Below are positions 60,410 to 64,000 of a DNA stretch of 64,000 nucleotides, in pieces. Below the pieces are notes generated by a model that did not search any database, was not told the DNA's origin, and saw only the letters and a program-made list of their open reading frames with translations. The position numbers and the translations under genes were made by a program. The stretch is from Podarcis cretensis (lineage: Eukaryota). Where the stretch lies: positions 72,602,001-72,666,000 of the forward strand of contig OX638152.1 of NCBI GenBank assembly GCA_951804945.1, in the 5' to 3' direction. Numbering within the stretch: the first letter of the stretch is position 1; the number at the start of each line of letters is the position of its first letter.

Positions 60410-61702
60410 AGAAAAATGACATTGCAATGGGGGAATGGTGCAATCCTGCATTATTTCTCTTTCTTTCATAGCTTTATCTGTGGGCAAGCGCACACAAAAA
60501 TGTCACACTTTAAAAACAGCTTCAAGCTGCACAGGTAGCAGGATCTGTGACATCACAGGTATTATCAACAGTCAAAGAACAACCAACTGCATTTCTGTTA
60601 TTGAAACGTAGATTGGCAGGCCTTTTACCCTTCCTGTTTTGCGGTCTCTCCCCCACTTTAGCTCCTCATTATTTGCTTAGAAGTTACAGAAGCACAGACT
60701 TGGAAGGGACTATGGGCCTCATCAAATCCAACCTCGTATTCATGCAGGAACCTTGTAACATATCCAATCATGGAAATGGTTTCAGCTGGGTGTGTTTTCC
60801 TAAATTGAGCATGTACTACAGACAGGGAAAACAGGTTGATCAGCAGCAATGTCAACAACCACTTAAGACAGTGGCTCATAAGCCAAAGGAAGAGAAGACA
60901 ATGATAAAGAAGAGTGAAAGAGGTTGCTTATGATTCAGAGGCCATGACTAATTTCCAAGAGGATGGCAGGCACAGACAGACTCATGAACATGTCCCTTCC
61001 TCACCAGCAGGTTGTCAACATGACTCATCATCTTGAAGCCATGAGGTGAGATTGGCATTCATGATGACGTTTAAACGACACTTAAAGATTGGGACTTTGA
61101 GAGAAAGGTGTGGAACATGTGACTGCAGTCCTCATGTCAGCTTTTTAGTGCCCTAGATGTGTATTTGATACTGTGCTTGAAGCAGAGTCTAGTTTGGACC
61201 AAGGATAATGGATACCCAGATGTAGATAGATAATGAAATAATGTAGATAGATAATGAAATAGTTTCCAAAGCAATCAGGATGTATTTATACAGCAAACAG
61301 GGCTATCAGGTATATGTGGACCTGAAACAGAGGATTGACAAGACTTCACTGCGGAGCATGGACTATTTGGAAATAATCTAGTCCTATGTTTGGCCTTGGG
61401 GGCCTGACATTTTAGGGAAGGGTGGGCACTCAAGTCAAGTGCAAATCAGTAGTATCAAAAAGAAGTATTGGTAATGAGGTTTCACTACAAATAGTCCCTC
61501 AAGAGGAGATCACGGAAATCCTAAAGCAGACTATGGATTCTGACATAGGAGCAACATACATTATTATTATTAGTCGTCGTCATTGTATAATACCACCCTT
61601 CATCCAAAGATCTCAGGGCAGTTCACAACATAAAAATACAACTGTTGAATTGAATATGTCCTATAAAATACACCATTCAATATTCAGGCTGCATTTGAAA
61701 AC

Positions 61703-62628
61703 ATGACAAGATGGGCAATGGATTTGGGATATAACATAGAGTATGATAAGTGGCTGAATTTATGGTCTAGCGGAATGAAGTTTACGGCATGTGTAACACT
61801 GAGGGAAAATTTAGAAAAGATGATGTACAGGTGGTACATTACCCCAGCAAAGCTAGGGAAAATGTACAAGACAGGGAATAAGTTTTGCTGGAAGTGTAAA
61901 ACTAAAGAAGGTAATTTTTTCCACATGTGGTGGACATGCGACGAAATGAAGAAATACTGGGAACATATTTACAATGAGTTAAAAAAAATACTTAAATATA
62001 CATTTCCCAAAAGACCAGAGGCTTTTCTTCTGGGAATAATTGGGGACGAAATTAAAAAAGAAGATAAGACATTATTCCAGTATGCTACAGCTGCCGCTAG
62101 ATTATTAATTGCCCAAAATTGGAAAAGCCAAAGTATCCCACCAATTAGTGATTGGCAAACAAAGTTATTCGAATTTGTAGAACTTGCAAAAATGACACAA
62201 AAAATTAGAAACCAAAAGAATACAAAGTTTATTAATGACTGGAATAAATTTATGAATTATATTGAAGGGAATTATAAGAACCTAAAAACTATAGCAGGAC
62301 TGATATAGATCCTACGATGTGCAAATTATTATAACTATCAACTGCAGGAGAAACAAACTATTCATACTAAGAAGCCTGAAACCGGGAGGGATGGAAGTCA
62401 ATAGGTGTGTAGAATAATTAAAATACTTAAAAATATAAAGATATAAATGAGAAGACAAAGAAGCGTAATGGAAATCGACATTGTTTATACGTTATGTATT
62501 GATATTTATTTAGTTTTCTTTTTTTGTGTGTGTTGGGGTTTTTTACAACTGTTGTAACCGTTGATTTATTTTTCTTTTTGGTGATCTAATGTGAAAATTA
62601 ATAAAAAGAATTAAAAAAGAAAAAAAAA
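61703..62628 (+). mobile_element. 5'-truncated L1 LINE (ORF2 C-terminus + 3'UTR + A-rich tail)
   Basis: CWKC...HMWWTC Cys/His motif of L1 ORF2 open to a stop at 62308, then AATAAA and an A-tail. Possible TSD gaaaac (61697-61702, 62629-62634). Confidence 0.9.
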
Positions 62629-64000
62629 GAAAACTGAAGTCTTACCAAGTGTCATGAAGAGGCAACTCCCCGTCTAATTTTTTTGTAGAACAAGAAAGTC
62701 CACATACCAAACTTAATGAGACGATGTGGATTATCATTCTTCACCTACTCAGATGAACTTTCTTCTACTCTGGAAGACTGTCATCCTTTCAGTCATTCAT
62801 TAGTTATGTGATAAATTGAAAAGCCTGTCCAGCACACCAGTTTTCAGGCAATTATCATTCATTTCAGAAAAATTGGACTAACTTTTGTAAATTAGGACTG
62901 TTAGCATTAATGAATTAAGTTTTAAAATGCATGAGTCAGAAAAACAGCTTGTTCAATAATGCTCAAGACGAAACACTAGATCAGGAGTTTCCAAGCCACA
63001 TAATAGAGCTGTATGGATAATGGACCTATATTAATACAAATATCACTTTTTTTGGCAAGAGCTTGCATTCCTCTCTCTTCTCATTCTGGTAAAGACTTTC
63101 ACTTGCAATTCAGAGTTTGCAAAGAGCATCTGTTCATTGCAGGCCTTGGGTTGTTTCTGCTTCCATAGTTTGTAATAGCAAAGCCATGCCTAGGCCTATA
63201 ATCTTGCTAGATTTTGCCTCCTGCCTCTGCCCTCTCCCTCCACTGCATGCAAAAATAAAAATGCAAACTCATGAGATTACCTACAGATGATTGGTACTAT
63301 TGGAAGTCTGAACTCATTACATTATGTATTTAAAAAGCTTGTTGGTGCTTTTTTAAAAAAAAGAAAAATGAAAATATAGCAGTACTGATTATAATGCTAA
63401 TAAGCAGCTTCCAGGTTGCAGTAAAAGGGCTTGACGTTGTAAAAAGAAAATGCAAAATGAATATGACCAAGTTGTACAATCCTGTTTTGTAAGCTTTCTT
63501 TTTACCCAAATTCCGTTAAGTAGACTTTCTAACAGAAAGAGGTGGCCACCTCAGGAAGCTGAATTTGGGTATAATGGAAAGGCAACAAAGGGTTCTCTCC
63601 CCACCCCCACCCCCACCCCGCTGCCTTAATGTATCATTTTTATCTGTTATTGCTTGTGGGATTTTCTGCCTCAGGTGCCAAAATAATGTGACCAGCCTTG
63701 GGTAAGGTTCACCATGACTAGAGATAAGACATTTTGCTGCCTGAGGCAGAGCAACAAATTCTTCCTTAAGTTGCATTTAAAGCACATTCTCCCCACCCCC
63801 AGCAAAAATCATGGGAACTCTAGTTTATTCCTCACAGGGCTGTAAGTCCCAGCCATTTAGCAAACTACAATTCCCAGGATTCTTTTGGAGGAGGGCATTT
63901 TATTTAAATTGGCTTTAAATGTATGGTGTGTATACAGCCTCAGTGAAACAAGGTTCTGGACTTACTCCCAAATATGTGTTGATGGGAGTTCATCTTAAAT

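Noticed and set aside
60658-60879. ORF with a signal-peptide-like N-terminus on the XG strand
   Set aside because: No suitable phase-1 splice donor and no homology.

Overview
Vertebrate genomic DNA, almost certainly a squamate and probably a lacertid lizard (Sauria SINEs, Squam3-like SINEs, lizard-type L2/L1/Penelope elements). The window is the block syntenic to human Xp22.33. On the + strand are the last two exons of one STS-family arylsulfatase and a complete 10-exon ARSD-like arylsulfatase (591 aa). On the - strand, convergent with them, are glycogenin-2 (GYG2, 8 coding exons, about 374 aa, CpG-island promoter at about 40.6-41.3 kb) and an XG/CD99-family membrane glycoprotein built from phase-1 micro-exons (first exon not identified). 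Introns carry many transposons: two solo LTRs, a near full-length single-ORF L2, L1 3' ends, Tc1/mariner, hAT and Chapaev-like MITEs. Most notable: (1) a Penelope-derived palindrome containing a complete minimal type-I hammerhead ribozyme on the XG sense strand; (2) a gene-conversion tract between the terminal exons of the two arylsulfatases in which only non-synonymous differences survive; (3) a decayed extra arylsulfatase terminal exon in the last intron; (4) a decayed duplicate of the catalytic DxD exon of GYG2. All exon structures were derived by hand from GT/AG sites, phase and family homology. No database searches were run, so gene names and TE family names rest on recognition and synteny.
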